Assembly (NCBI RefSeq): GCF_018350175.1
Contig: NC_058383.1
Location: 29,886,001-29,946,000, forward strand
Reading direction: 5' to 3'
Source: Felis catus
Lineage: Eukaryota
DNA: 60,000 nucleotides
How positions within the stretch are numbered: position 1 is the first letter of the stretch; each line of letters starts with the position of its first letter. The notes beneath the pieces are model-generated. The model saw nothing but the letters and a program-made list of their open reading frames with translations. It was not told the DNA's origin and did not search any database. Positions 37,857 through 49,849 of this stretch are shown one piece after another. The position numbers and the translations under genes are program-made.

Positions 37857-38036
37857 TTTTTTTAATTAAAAAAATTTTTTTTAATGTTTGTTTATTTTTG
37901 AGAGAGAGAGACAGAGTGTGAGCAGGGGAGGGACAGAGAGACACAGAGCCTGACATGGGACTCGAACTCACGGACCACGAGATCATGACCTGAGCTGAAG
38001 TCGGACGCTTAACTGAATGAGTCACCCAGGCGTCCC
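37857..38036 (-). mobile_element. Carnivore SINE with internal deletion
   Basis: lacks the atctgaagcaggctccaggctctgagctgtcag segment; TSD tttccc(g/a)aagtctt. Confidence 0.93.
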
Positions 38037-38238
38037 TTTCCCAAAGTCTTACATACAGGTTGACTTCATTCTCTTTAATTGTGGTGTAATCCTCCCTAGT
38101 CTAAATATAGCAAAGCTTATTAGGCCATTTTCCTGTTGATAATTTGCGTATTTCTTGTTATGAAAATCAATACAATTTATTTCTGCATTTTCTAAAACAT
38201 CCTTTGATGAGCACTGGCTATGAAACTTTCAGGTACCC

Positions 38239-38462
38239 GGGCACCTGGGTGGCTCAGTCCGTTGAGTGTCCAACTTCAGATCATGATCTCGTGGTTCTTG
38301 AGTTCAAGCCCCTCAGCAGGCTCTCTGCTGACAGTGCAGAGCCTGTTTGGGATTCTCGCTCTCCCCCTCTCTTTTTGCCCCTCCCCCTCCACTCCTCCTT
38401 TCTCTCTCTCTCTCAAATAAACTTTAAAAATAAAAAGATATATTAACAAAAGAAATAAAATA
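38239..38462 (+). mobile_element. Carnivore SINE
   Basis: TSD aaactttcaggt(a/g)cc. Confidence 0.93.
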
Positions 38463-38699
38463 AAACTTTCAGGTGCCTACATCTTCAAGTCCGAATGGCC
38501 TTTGGGGAATGTGCTCCCCATCCTCCTTTACTCGGGTACTTCTCACCGTGCCCCTACCACATGCCCACGACCAAGCTGGTGTTCCCGTCCCTTACACACT
38601 CCTTGTGCTTTGGCTCATTCAGATCATTGCCATCACTCAGAATGAGCCTCCATCTCTTTATCCTGGTTAAGATGTGACCATCGCTTACCTATAAATAAC

Positions 38700-38910
38700 G
38701 CTGATTATATTCTGAACGTTGGCTAATGCTTTACATGTTTCTGATGTTTCCCACTGCTCTGTGATGTGGGTTCATAATTATACCCATTTTACGGATCAAG
38801 AAACTAAGACCTAGCATGATTCAGTAATTTGCCCAAACTTACCTGGCTTGTAAGTGGTGTGGCTGAGATTCAAATCCAGGCAGCCCAGCTCCAGAATCTA
38901 TGATCTTAAT
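38700..38910 (-). mobile_element. MIR
   Basis: 'cccattttacggatcaagaaactaagacc...taatttgcccaa...gattcaaatccaggcag'. Confidence 0.8.
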
Positions 38911-39720
38911 CACTCATCTGTACATTTTCTCTGTTACATATTGTATGCCCCTGCCTCCTTCAAGCTCTCCTTGGTCACCTCTCCAGACCTCTCCCGACCT
39001 CTCCCAACCTCTCCCATTTATTCTCCTGTTCACCAAACGTTTTTGAGCTCCTGACTATGTGCATGTTCTATGCCAGATTCCGGGGATGTATTCATGAACA
39101 AAATGGTGCCGTCTATGACCTGAACTTGTCAGGCTGATAAACACAACTTCATAGGCAGTGCTGCCCACGCCACTCAGAGGGACTGGTTGCATGCTCCTAT
39201 TTATCTTTTTGTGGATGTGTTTTGGACCTTCTATCTGCGGGTCCTTTCAAGGCAGATGAGAGAATCCTGGGGGCTGCCCTGATGTGGCTTCAGGAAGATG
39301 GGGGCTTAGACAACCCATCATGGCTCTTAGACCCTGAGCATCTTAAGCTAAGGCAGAGAAAAGTTCTAAAAGTTCCTGTTCATCAGAGTGGCCGTGTGTC
39401 TGTCTACTTTGCCTTCTGTAAGACTGTTGAACCCATGCGTCCAGCAGGTAGAAACAACAATGACAAAAACCACAAGCTAAAAAAGGGGGGAAAGGATGGA
39501 ACTAGAGGTGCAGGCTTGTACGTTCCACACCATTAATGCCAGCAAAAGGCAAGAAAAAAAAAGACACTGGAACAACTTTGCTAAAATTGTGTCTTGTTTA
39601 CATGCCAGATAATGCTTTCTGGAAGGTATCATTTGCTTATTGATTGACTTCCAATACTAGGCATTAAACTCAGTCCATTTACTTATTCTGAGCATTTGTA
39701 TTGAAATATTATTCCTTTAA

Positions 39721-39741
39721 GAAATTTTTTTAATGTGTATT

Positions 39742-39793
<52 letters not shown>

Positions 39794-39962
39794 CGCGCGA
39801 GCAGGGGGGGTGCAGAGAGAGATGGAGACACAGAATCTGAAGCAGGCTCCAGGCTCCGAGCTGTCAGCACAGAGCCTGACGTGGGGCTCGAACTCACAAG
39901 CTGTGAGATCACGACCTGAGCCGAAGTCCGAAGCTTAACCCACTGAGCCACCCAGGTGCTCT
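39721..39962 (-). mobile_element. Carnivore SINE (young, CpG-rich, long (GA)n(GC)n)
   Basis: Full body with retained CpGs. Confidence 0.96.
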
Positions 39963-40238
39963 GAAATGTCCTTCCTTTGCCAGACCTGTCCTCCATCTTT
40001 GCTCAGAAAAGGAGACCGTTTTCTCCCCTCCCAGCCCTTCGTATTCACCCCCCGTATTCGTGCTCTGCGGGGGTAAGCACAGCCTGGGAAGGACAAGTCA
40101 TGGTCTCTGTCTCACAAATGAAGGAAAGCTGACTACTCAGGGTAGTGACAGACTGAATGTTAGATTAGGGGTCTCCAAATCCTTGTCCGGTCACCAGGGC
40201 TGCACCACAGTGCTTTCCTTCTTTGTGCCAGGTCTATG

Positions 40239-40451
40239 GTTTTATTATTTTTAAGTTTATTTATTTATTTTGGGAGAGACAGAGACAGCGCAAGCAGGGG
40301 AGGGGGAGAGGGAGAGAGAAAGAGTCTCAAGCAGGCTCCACACTGCCAGCGCAGAATCCAGGGTGGGGCTCGAACCTGCAAACCATGAAATCATGACCTG
40401 AGCCAAACCAAGAATCAGATGCTTAACCGACTGAGCCACCCAGGCGCTCCC
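40239..40451 (-). mobile_element. Carnivore SINE directly upstream of the L1
   Basis: TSD ccaggtctat (40228-40237, 40451-40460). Confidence 0.95.
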
Positions 40452-40482
40452 CAGGTCTATCTTTTAAAAATGCCAGCACCAG

Positions 40483-40781
40483 GCAAAATACAAGGATAAA
40501 GAGAAAATTCTGAAAGCATCAAGGGGTAAATGTGGCCTCACATATAAAGGGAGACCTATAAGACTCGTGACTGATCTCTCTTTTGAAACTTGGCAGGCCA
40601 GAAAGAATTGGCACGAGATTTTCAGTGTGCTAGACAGAAAAAATATGCAGCCGAGAATCCTTTATCCAGCAAGTCTGTCATTTAGAATAGAAGGAGAGAT
40701 AAAGGTCTTCCCAAACAAAAACTGAAGGAATTTGTCACCACTAAACCAGCCCTACAAGAGATCCTAAGGGGGACCCTGTGA
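40483..40781 (+). pseudogene. L1 ORF1p C-terminal remnant
   Basis: reads AKYKDKEKILKA...PIRLVTDLSFETWQAR...QPRILYPASLSF; frameshifted near 40715; stop tga 40779-40781. Confidence 0.85.
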
Positions 40782-40831
40782 GACAAAGTACCAGAGACAT
40801 CACTACAAGCATAAAACATACAGACATCACA

Positions 40832-43800
40832 ATGACTCTAAACTCGTATCTTTCTATAATAACACTGATGTAAATGGATTAAATGCGCCAACCAAAAGAC
40901 TTAGGGTATCAGAATGGATAAAAAAACAAGACCTATCTATTTGCTGTCTACAAGAGACTCATTTTAGACCTGAGGACACCTTTAGATTGAGAGTGAGGGG
41001 ATGGAGAACTATTTATCATGCTACTGGAAGCCAAAAGAAAGCTGGAGCAGCCATACTTATATCAGACAAACTAGACTTCAAATTAAAGGCTGTAACAATA
41101 GATGAAGGACTTATATAATAGTTACAGGGTCTATCCATCAGGAAGAGCTAACAATTATAAATGTCTATGCGCCGAATACCGGAGCCCCCAAATATATAAA
41201 ACAACTACTCATAAACATAAGCAACCTTATTGATAAGAATGTGGTAATTACAGGGGACTTTAACACCCCACTTACAGAAATGGATAGATCATCTAGACAC
41301 ACGGTCAATAAAGAAACAAGGGCCCTGAATGAGACATTGGATCAGATGGACTTGACGGATATATTTAGAACTCTGCATTCCAAAGCAACAGAATATACTT
41401 TCTTCTCGAGTGCACATGGAACATTCTCCAGGATAAATCATATACTGGGTCACAAAACAGCCCTTCATAAGTTTACCAGAATTGAAATTATACCATGCAT
41501 ACTTTCAGACCACAGTGCTATGAAGCTTGAAATCAACCACAGAAAAAAGTCTGGAAAACCTCCAAAAGCATGGAGGTTAAAGAACACCCTACTAACAAAT
41601 GAGTGGGTCAACCAGGCAATTAGAGAAGAAATTAAAAAATATATGGAAACAAACGAAAATGAAAATACAACAATCCAAACGTTTTGGGACGCAGCGAAGG
41701 CAGTCCTGAGAGGAAAATACATTGCAATCCAGGCCTATCTCAAGAAACAAGAAAAATCCCAAATACAAAATCTAACAGCACACCTAAAGGAAATAGAAGG
41801 AGAACAGCAAAGGCAGCCTAAACCCAGCAGAAGAAGAGAAATAATAAAGATCAGACCAGAAATAGACAATATAGAATCTAAAAAAACTAGAGCAGATCAA
41901 CGAAACCAAGAGTTGGTTTTTTGAAAAAATAAACAAAATTGACAAACCTCTAACCAGGCTTCTCAAAAAGAAAAGGGAGATGACCCAAATAGATAAAATC
42001 ATGAATGAAAATGGAATTATTACAACCAATCCCTCAGAGATACAAACAATTATCAGGGAATACTATGAAAAATTATATGCCAACAAATTGGACAACCTGG
42101 AAGAAATGGACAAATTCCTGAACACCCACATTCTTCCAAAACTCAATCAGGAGGAAATAGAAAGCTTGAACAGACCCATAACCAGCGAAGAAATTGAATC
42201 GGTTATCAAAAATCTCCCAACAAATAAGAGTCCAGGACCAGATGGCTTCCCAGGGGAGTTCTACCAGACGTTTTAAACAGAGATAATACCTATCCTTCTC
42301 AAGCTATTCCAAGAAATAGAAAGGGAAGGAAAACTTCCAGACTCATTCTATGAAGCCAGTATTACTTTGATTCCTAAACCAGACAGAGACCCAGTAAAAA
42401 AAGAGAACTACCGGCCAATATCCCTGATGAATATGGATGCAAAAATTCTCAATAAGATACTAGCAAATCGTAGCATATAAAAATGATTATTCACCATGAT
42501 CAAGTGGGATTCATTCCTGGGATGCAGGGCTGGTTCAACATTCGCAAATCAATCAACGTGATACATCACATTAACAACAACAAAAAAGAGAAGAACCATA
42601 TGATCCTGTCAATCGATGCAGAAAAGGCTTTTGACAAAATCCAGCACCATTTCTTAATAAAAACCCTTGAGAAAGTCGGGATAGAAGGAACATACTTAAA
42701 GATCATAAAAGCCATTTATGAAAAGCCCACAGCTAACATCATCCTCAACGGGGAAAAACAGAGCTTTTTCCCTGAGATCAGGAACACGACAGGGATGCCC
42801 ACTCTCACTGCTGTTGTTTAACATAGTGCTGGAAGTTCTAGCATCGGCAATCAGACAACAAAAGGAAATCAAAGGCATCAAAATTGGCAAAGATGAAGTC
42901 AAGCTTTTGCTATTTGTAGATGACATGATACTATACATGGAAAATCCGATAGACTCCACCAAAAGTCTGCTAGAATTGATACATGAATTCAACAAAGTTG
43001 CAGGATACAAAATCAATGTACAGAAATCAGTTGCATTCTTATACACTAACAATGAAGCAACAGAAAGACAAATAAAGAAACTGATCCCATTCACAATTGC
43101 ACCAAGAAGCATAAAATACCTAGGAATAAATCTAACCAAAGATGTAAAGGATCTGTATGCTGAAAACTATAGAAAGCTTATGAAGGTAATTGAAGAAGAT
43201 TTAAAGAAATGGAAAGACATTCCCTGCTCATGGATTGGAAAAATAAATATTGTCAAAGTGTCAATACTACCCAAAGCTATCTACACATTCAATGCAATCC
43301 CAATCAAAATTGCACCAGCATTCTTCTCGAAACTAGAACAAGCAATCCTAAAATTCATATGGAACCATAAAAGGCCCCGAATAGCCAAAGGAATTTTGAA
43401 GAAGAAGACTATGCAGGAGGCATCACAATCCCAGACTTTAGCCTCTACTACAAAGCTGTCATCATCAAGACAGCATGGTATTGGCACAAAAACAGACACA
43501 TAGGCCAATGGAATAGAATAGAAACCCCAGAACTAGACCCACAAACGTATGGCCAACTCATCTTTGACAAAGCAGGAAAGAACATCCAATGGAAAAAAGA
43601 CAGCCTCTTTAACAAATGGTGCTGGGAGAACTGGACAGCAACATGCAGAAGGTTGAAACTAGACCACTTTCTCACACCATTCACAAAAATAAACTCAAAA
43701 TGGATAAAGGACCTGAATGTGAGACAGGAAACCATCAAAACCTTAGAGGAGAAAGCAGGAAAAGACCTCTCTGACCTCAGCCGTAGCAATCTCTTACTCG

Positions 43801-44642
43801 ACACATCCCCAAAGGCAAGGGAATTAAAAGCAAAAGTGAATTACTGGGACCTTATGAAGATAAAAAGCTTCTGCACAGCAAAGGAAACAACCAACAAAAC
43901 TAAAAGGCAACCAACGGAATGGGAAAAGATATTTGCAAATGACATACCGGACAAAGGGCTAGTATCCAAAATCTATAAAGAGCTCACCAAACTCCACACC
44001 CGAAAAACAAATAACCCAGTGAAGAAATGGGCAGAAAACATGAGTAGACACTTCTCTAAAGAAGACATCCGGATGGCCAACAGGCACATGAAAAGATGTT
44101 CAGCGTCGCTCCTTATCAGGGAAATACAAATCAAAGCCACACTCAGGTATCACCTCACGCCAGTCAGAGTGGCCAAAATGAACAAATCAGGAGACTATAG
44201 ATGCTGGAGAGGATGTGGAGAAACGGGAACCCTCTTGCTCTGTTGGTGGGAATGCAAATTGGTGCAGCTGCTCTGGAAAGCAGTGTGGAGGTTCCTCAGA
44301 AAATTAAAAATAGACCTACCCTATGACCCAGCAGTAGCACTGCTAGGAATTTATCCAAGGGATACAGGAGTACTGATGCATGGGGGCACTTGTACCCCAA
44401 TGTTCATAGCAGCACTCTCAACAATAGCCAAATTATGGAAAGAGCCTAAATGTCCATCAACTGATGAATGGATAAAGAAATTGTGGTTTATATACACAAT
44501 GGAATACTACATGGCAATGAGAAAAATTGAAATATGGCCTTTTGTAGCAACGTGGATGGAACTGGAGAGTGTGATGCTAAGTGAAATAAGCCATACAGAG
44601 AAAGACAGATACCATATGGTTTCACTCTTATGTGGATCCTGA
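40832..44642 (+). pseudogene. L1 ORF2p (endonuclease/reverse transcriptase), disrupted
   Basis: EN motifs GDFNTP and [19 protein letters not shown] and FVDD (for FADD); C-terminal Cys-rich motif; fragmented into ORFs 41241, 41980, 42483, 42718 and 43653 by indels and a stop at 42274. Confidence 0.95.
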
Positions 44643-45885
44643 GAAACTTAACAGGAACCCATGGGGGAGGGGGAGGAAAAAAGAAAAAAAAAAAGGTTAG
44701 AGTGGGAGAGAGCCAAAGCATAAGAGACTGTTAAAAACTGAGAACAAACGGAGGGTTGATGGGGGGTGGGAGGGAGGAGAGGGTGGGTGATGGGTATTGA
44801 GGAGGGCACCTTTTGGGATGAGCACTGGGTGTTGTATGGAAACCAATTTGACAATAAATTTCATATATTAAAAAAATAAATAAATAAAAAATAAACAAAT
44901 AAAAATGCCAGCACCAGCCCCAGAGGTCGGCAGATAATTCAAAATCACGTTTCACTCCTCCACAGGCTGAGCCCTATAAAACCAGGTGGCTCTTGGTTCC
45001 CCCCAAACATCCCTCGGCCTTTTATGGCTCTTTGCCTCTGTGCATGTAGTTGCTCTTCCCTGTTTGCTTAGCCCCTTTTGTGTGATGAGACTCCGTTCAC
45101 GTGTCATTTCCTCTGGGAAGCCCTCCATGCTGTCATTGGTGGCTCCAGCTTCTTGAGATGACACTTTCCTTTAGTATTTATGCAAATATCTAGAGTTTTA
45201 ATCCACTAGAAGGCAGGAAGTCAAGTATGGTTGCCTGTATCTCCAGGTGTTCTTAGCAGAATACTAGAGTTGGGGGCGTACTCTCTCCTCATCATCTCTT
45301 GGTCGGAGTCTCTGACCATTGAATTTCTCACCTCCTACAAATGCCCTCTTCTCTCCATTGCCCCAAGTGTGACCCATAGTGACATAGTCTTCAGTGTACC
45401 CCTGACATAGGTTGTCTTGTCCAGCAGATGTTTAACGGAAGAGGTTTTGCTCATCACAGTAGATTACATCATGGACCAGAACGCACAATAACTTGAAATG
45501 AAATATTTGATGTCATGATGCCAAGAATTCATCAAAGCCTTCCTGGTGCTGGGCTTTTCTCACTGGCTATGTCTTAGCTGAGGATTTCACTCCCTACCCC
45601 TTCATTCCCCAGCCTCCCCAGAAATCCCCTCCCGCTTCCTTTTGCCAGCCTCGAATCCTTAACATTCTTGTGTCGTTTTTCCAGTGCAGAGAATTCTAAC
45701 TCTCCTCTCTCTCCCCTTTTCCCCAAACTAATTCCACTTTACAAATCCAAGAATTTCTTGACGATGGCCCCATTGAATGAAGGACGCTGTTGGCCTCATC
45801 TCTGCCTTCAGCACTACAACACATGTATGGATTTGTGGACATTGTTATCTTGTTAGTTATGTTCCACTGGGTGAGAACATGGAAT

Positions 45886-46094
45886 TAAAAAAAGTTTTCT
45901 AATGTTTGTTTATTTTAGACAGAGAGAGACAGAGCACAAGTGGGAGAGGGGCAGAAAGAGAGGGAGACACAGAATCAGAAGCAGGCTCCAGACTCTGAGC
46001 TGTCAGCCTGATGTGGGGCTTGAACTCCCAAACTTAAAGATCATGACCTGAGCCAAAGTCGAATGTTTAACCAACTGAGCCACTCAGGTGCCCC
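45886..46094 (-). mobile_element. Carnivore SINE
   Basis: Typical body with small deletion; TSD gagaa..tggaatt. Confidence 0.94.
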
Positions 46095-47234
46095 AGAGAA
46101 AGTGGAATTGACACAAAGGAAAGCAGTCAAGGACTCTGATTTTTTTTCTCATTTTTTTTTTATGGTTTGCATTTTAGTTTTACAATGAACATGTATAGGT
46201 TTACTGGTGTATTTGTAATACAATTGTTAAGGCAGAAACGTTTAAAATGTGCTTTGAAACCAAAGTATCGCTTTTTTTAGTTCTTGGGACAATACTCAAT
46301 TCTTGTACAGGAGTTTCTTTCACAGGGCCCCTGTAAACAGAAGAGGAGAAACAAAGATTTATTTTCCTCTTGTTCAGAGCAAACCAAGTCCTTTGTTTAT
46401 GTCAGTCTCCCCAGATACTACATGAGAAGTCAGTGACTGTATCTTAATCATCTTTGTAGCGTAAGGAAAAATGGTGCTTCCATGGAAAATTACTTGTTGT
46501 CTAGAGCATGTTCCTCCGGGTTATCAAATGCTAGCTTTGCATTGTCTACTCTGTAAAGTGTCGATAATTGATAGCAATGCAAACTAATTCGTGCCTGTAG
46601 ACATGCACTAATTCTGTATGACGGAGACTCACATCTGTCTGTATAGCGGAGGCTCCCAAACTGTGGAAGAGGCCACTTTGACTTCCATTTACATTTTGAT
46701 TTCAGTATTCCTCTCCAGTCTCTGCATTTTCTTTTGAACCGATAGAAACATATTACCAGGTCACTCATAAATGACTTAAGTAGGTTCTCTAACACGTTTT
46801 CACCTTACATCTCCTACTCTGAATGAGAGTCATGATTTTACCTTTTTTGAATTTGAACATGGTCCTTCATCAGTGTCTCCATGTCCTGGGCCAAGGACTG
46901 ATGGGTGGCCGCCACAATCCATGCTTGTTGAATGAATGAATATATGAAGAACCGAAATGTATATCCTTGTTGCTATTAATATAACATTAGTTCCAGCATG
47001 TGCATTATTAATAGGCTTGAATTTTCCCCTTGCTTGTTAGTTAATGGCAATGTTGGTGATAACTTGGGGTGTCCCTGAGCTGTATCCATTCCATTTTATT
47101 CTAATTAGAAAAATATTTTTTAGAGAACTTGGGGAAGATAGGAAATATAAAGAATAAATTGTAACCATCCCATAGTCCCTTTCCCCCAAGTAATCGCTAT
47201 TAATTCCATTAATTCCTTCTAGTCTTTTCTCTGC

Positions 47235-47350
47235 ATCTGTTTATTCAACAAGAATTTACTAAGCACCTGCTGTGTGCCAGGCACTGTGACCATCACAGCG
47301 AAGGAAACACACAAGGCACCATCCTCTTGGAGCTGACATGTTAAGTAGAT
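47235..47350 (-). mobile_element. L2 3' end fragment
   Basis: 'ttattcaacaagaatttactaagcacctgctgtgtgccaggcactgtg'. Confidence 0.75.
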
Positions 47351-47987
47351 GGAAGGGGAGAAAAAATAGATGAACGACTGAATATGAAAGTCCCAATCAA
47401 TAAAGAGCCCATGTATGCTTCTCAATGCATATTTTCTATCAATTTTTGTGATCTGCAAAATTAACTTCAAGTCATGTACCCTTTATTAACAGCCCGTGCT
47501 CAAATGCATTGGTATGGAGTTTGGTGTCTCAGTTGGCGTCTCTCTCTGAGCCACCTCTCTCTTCCACCCACGCACCCCCCCCCAGAACACCTTCAATGCC
47601 GTGCTACCACTGGGTAGATGGCATTGAAGGTGTTCACCATGCCAAGATGGATGGTTCTACTGCTCCCCAAAGCCTCTGAGACTCAGAGTCAGGCTTTCAA
47701 CATAAACATCCTTCTGGGGGGAATCCAGAAGGGAATCCTGCAAACAAGACGGAGATGCCCAAAATGCTGGGAACCCAAATGTCCCTTTGATTTGTCCTTG
47801 AGTGGGGACGAGGGGCTGCCATGTGGAGAGAAAGGGTGATAGTAGCAGTGGAGAGGTGAGGCAGGGATGTTAGATATTCTCTTGTAAAGGAGCTGCTCCC
47901 ACAGCAAGAAATCACAGTTCCCTGGCATCCAGACTTCGTAGTTTTCTTTTCTTGTCAGCATGTTTCATTTAAAATTAAATGGAATTC

Positions 47988-48206
47988 GGGGCGCCTGGGT
48001 GGCGCAGTCGGTTAAGCGTCCGACTTCAGCCAGGTCACGATCTCCCGCTCCGTGAGTTTGAGCCCTGTGTCGGGCTCTGGGCTGATGGCTCAGAGCCTGG
48101 AGCCTGTTTCCGATTCTGTGTCTCCCTCTCTCTCTGCCCCTCCCCCGTTCATGCTCTGTCTCTCTCTGTCCCAAAAATAAATAAACGTTGAAAAAAAATT
48201 TATCAT
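47988..48206 (+). mobile_element. Young SINEC_Fc
   Basis: 'ggggcgcctgggtggcgcagtcggttaagcgtccgacttcagccaggtcacgatctc'; exact TSD aaaattaaatggaatt. Confidence 0.97.
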
Positions 48207-48236
48207 AAAATTAAATGGAATTTAATTTTCACTTCA

Positions 48237-48460
48237 GGGGGCACCTGGGTGGCTCACTTGGTTAAGGGTCCAACTTTGGCTCAGGTCATGATCCCACAGT
48301 TCGTGGGTTCAAGCCCCATGTCCGGCTCTGTGCTGACAGCTCAGAGCCTGGAGCCTGCTTCAGGTTCAGTGTTTCCCCCTCTCTCTGCCCCTCCCCTGTT
48401 TGTGCTCTGTCTCTCTCTCTCAAAAAGAAACAAACATGAAAAAAAATTTTTTTAATTAAA
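48237..48460 (+). mobile_element. Carnivore SINE, tandem to the previous one
   Basis: Full body about 30 bp downstream of the preceding SINE. Confidence 0.95.
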
Positions 48461-48531
48461 GGTGCTTCAAATTTGAAACTTGTATTAAAATTGGAGGACC
48501 TTATCTTCTGAGAGTACATATCTTGAGATGA

Positions 48532-48533
<2 letters not shown>

Positions 48534-48583
<50 letters not shown>
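48534..48583. repeat. (TG)n microsatellite
   Basis: perfect run of about 25 units. Confidence 0.97.
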
Positions 48584-48588
<5 letters not shown>

Positions 48589-49849
48589 TTAGGCTAGCTC
48601 CTGCAAAGTAACCTTGCTTTAAGGTTGGAAAGAACTGAGACTGTTTGAAAGGCTTATGTCTAATTGATTCCAAGTCATCGCTTAATATTGATTGATAATG
48701 AATTTCCTGTGGGTCAAATTCACATGCTTCTGCTTTCTATGAACTGGGACATGAAGCCCCTGGTATTGTGAAATACTCTATCGGCCTTATATATTTAGAG
48801 ACAAGAGGGGCGACATCTGTTTAAGCCCCTCTGTCTGTCTCTGTCTCTCATTTTCTCTCTCTCTGTCTCTTAAACTCTGATTCTGATATTTTAGAACTTG
48901 TTTCGTCCTACTTAGTGGCAAACGGAACAGTGTCTCAATTCAGCATCTAAAAATGATGCAAGAGGGCTCTTCCAAACACAGGCATCAGAGAGAGAGAGAG
49001 AGAGAGAGCACTTGTCTTGGAGCGCGTCTTCACATGTTCTTTATCCTTATACGTGTTTCTTAGCTCCTGTCATCCACATGTTGATTACTGATCTTTAATG
49101 TGTTTTAGACTCTTCACCGGCCATATTGGAAACTGGATGAAGGTGGCCATATCCTTTCCTGCCCCCATCCCCCTCTGTTGCTATGGCCCCAGGGCCCTGG
49201 AATAATACAGGTTTAAAAAGAGACCAACTGGCTGGCAAAATCTTAGGAGCTGTGGTTGGACTAGATGTAATTGTAAGTCGTTTTGACAAATAATTTCTCC
49301 TGCTACCCGTTCTCTTCCAGAACACATTTCTTTAGCCTCCCAAGTGAAAATCATCAGGAGACCCTGGGGTAAATTCCTTTGCAGCGTTGACTCCTGGACC
49401 CAAGAGGTTCCCACCCATCATCATGCGGGGCAGAAAGAGAGGTTTCTAATTCGGACTTGTTTGCTACTTCTATTCACTCAAATAAACTCTGGTGTTGACT
49501 TCCTGATCCCAAACCTCTTGCTTTTATATACACAACAGGGGAAACACGTGTCCCTCATCTTTTCCACCTTGTTCTTTAAAGGCAAACGACATTACCCATG
49601 ATCTGCAGGGAGTTTATTATATGGGTGAATCTGAACATGATGACCTAGGGAAGGAAGGAGAAGAAGATCATGCGTACACCATCACTGACAATGGGAAAGG
49701 GGGTGGGAGGTTGGTACTTGTCTGTCCAAATTAACTGACAATTTCATTTGATTGGTAGCCCTCTTATAAGACCAATGTCCCCTCTGCAGGTGTAAAAGTT
49801 TACCTTAACTGCCTATAAACCCAGTGTAGACGAGATTGTCTGTATGTCT

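Larger units (their letters stand above)
40483..44900 (+). mobile_element. 5'-truncated felid L1 (L1_Fc-like), ~4.4 kb, with perfect 17-bp TSD
   Basis: ORF1 C-terminus, complete ORF2 region, G-rich 3'UTR, aataaa, patterned A tail; TSD aaaaatgccagcaccag at 40466-40482 and 44901-44917. Confidence 0.98.

Noticed and set aside
41241..44642. Reverse transcriptase/endonuclease ORFs as a novel or active system
   Set aside because: Ordinary L1 ORF2 fragments, disrupted and promoterless
45203..45216. CTCF-like CCACTAGAAGGCAG
   Set aside because: Mismatch inside the core G/T-GGC segment and no supporting context
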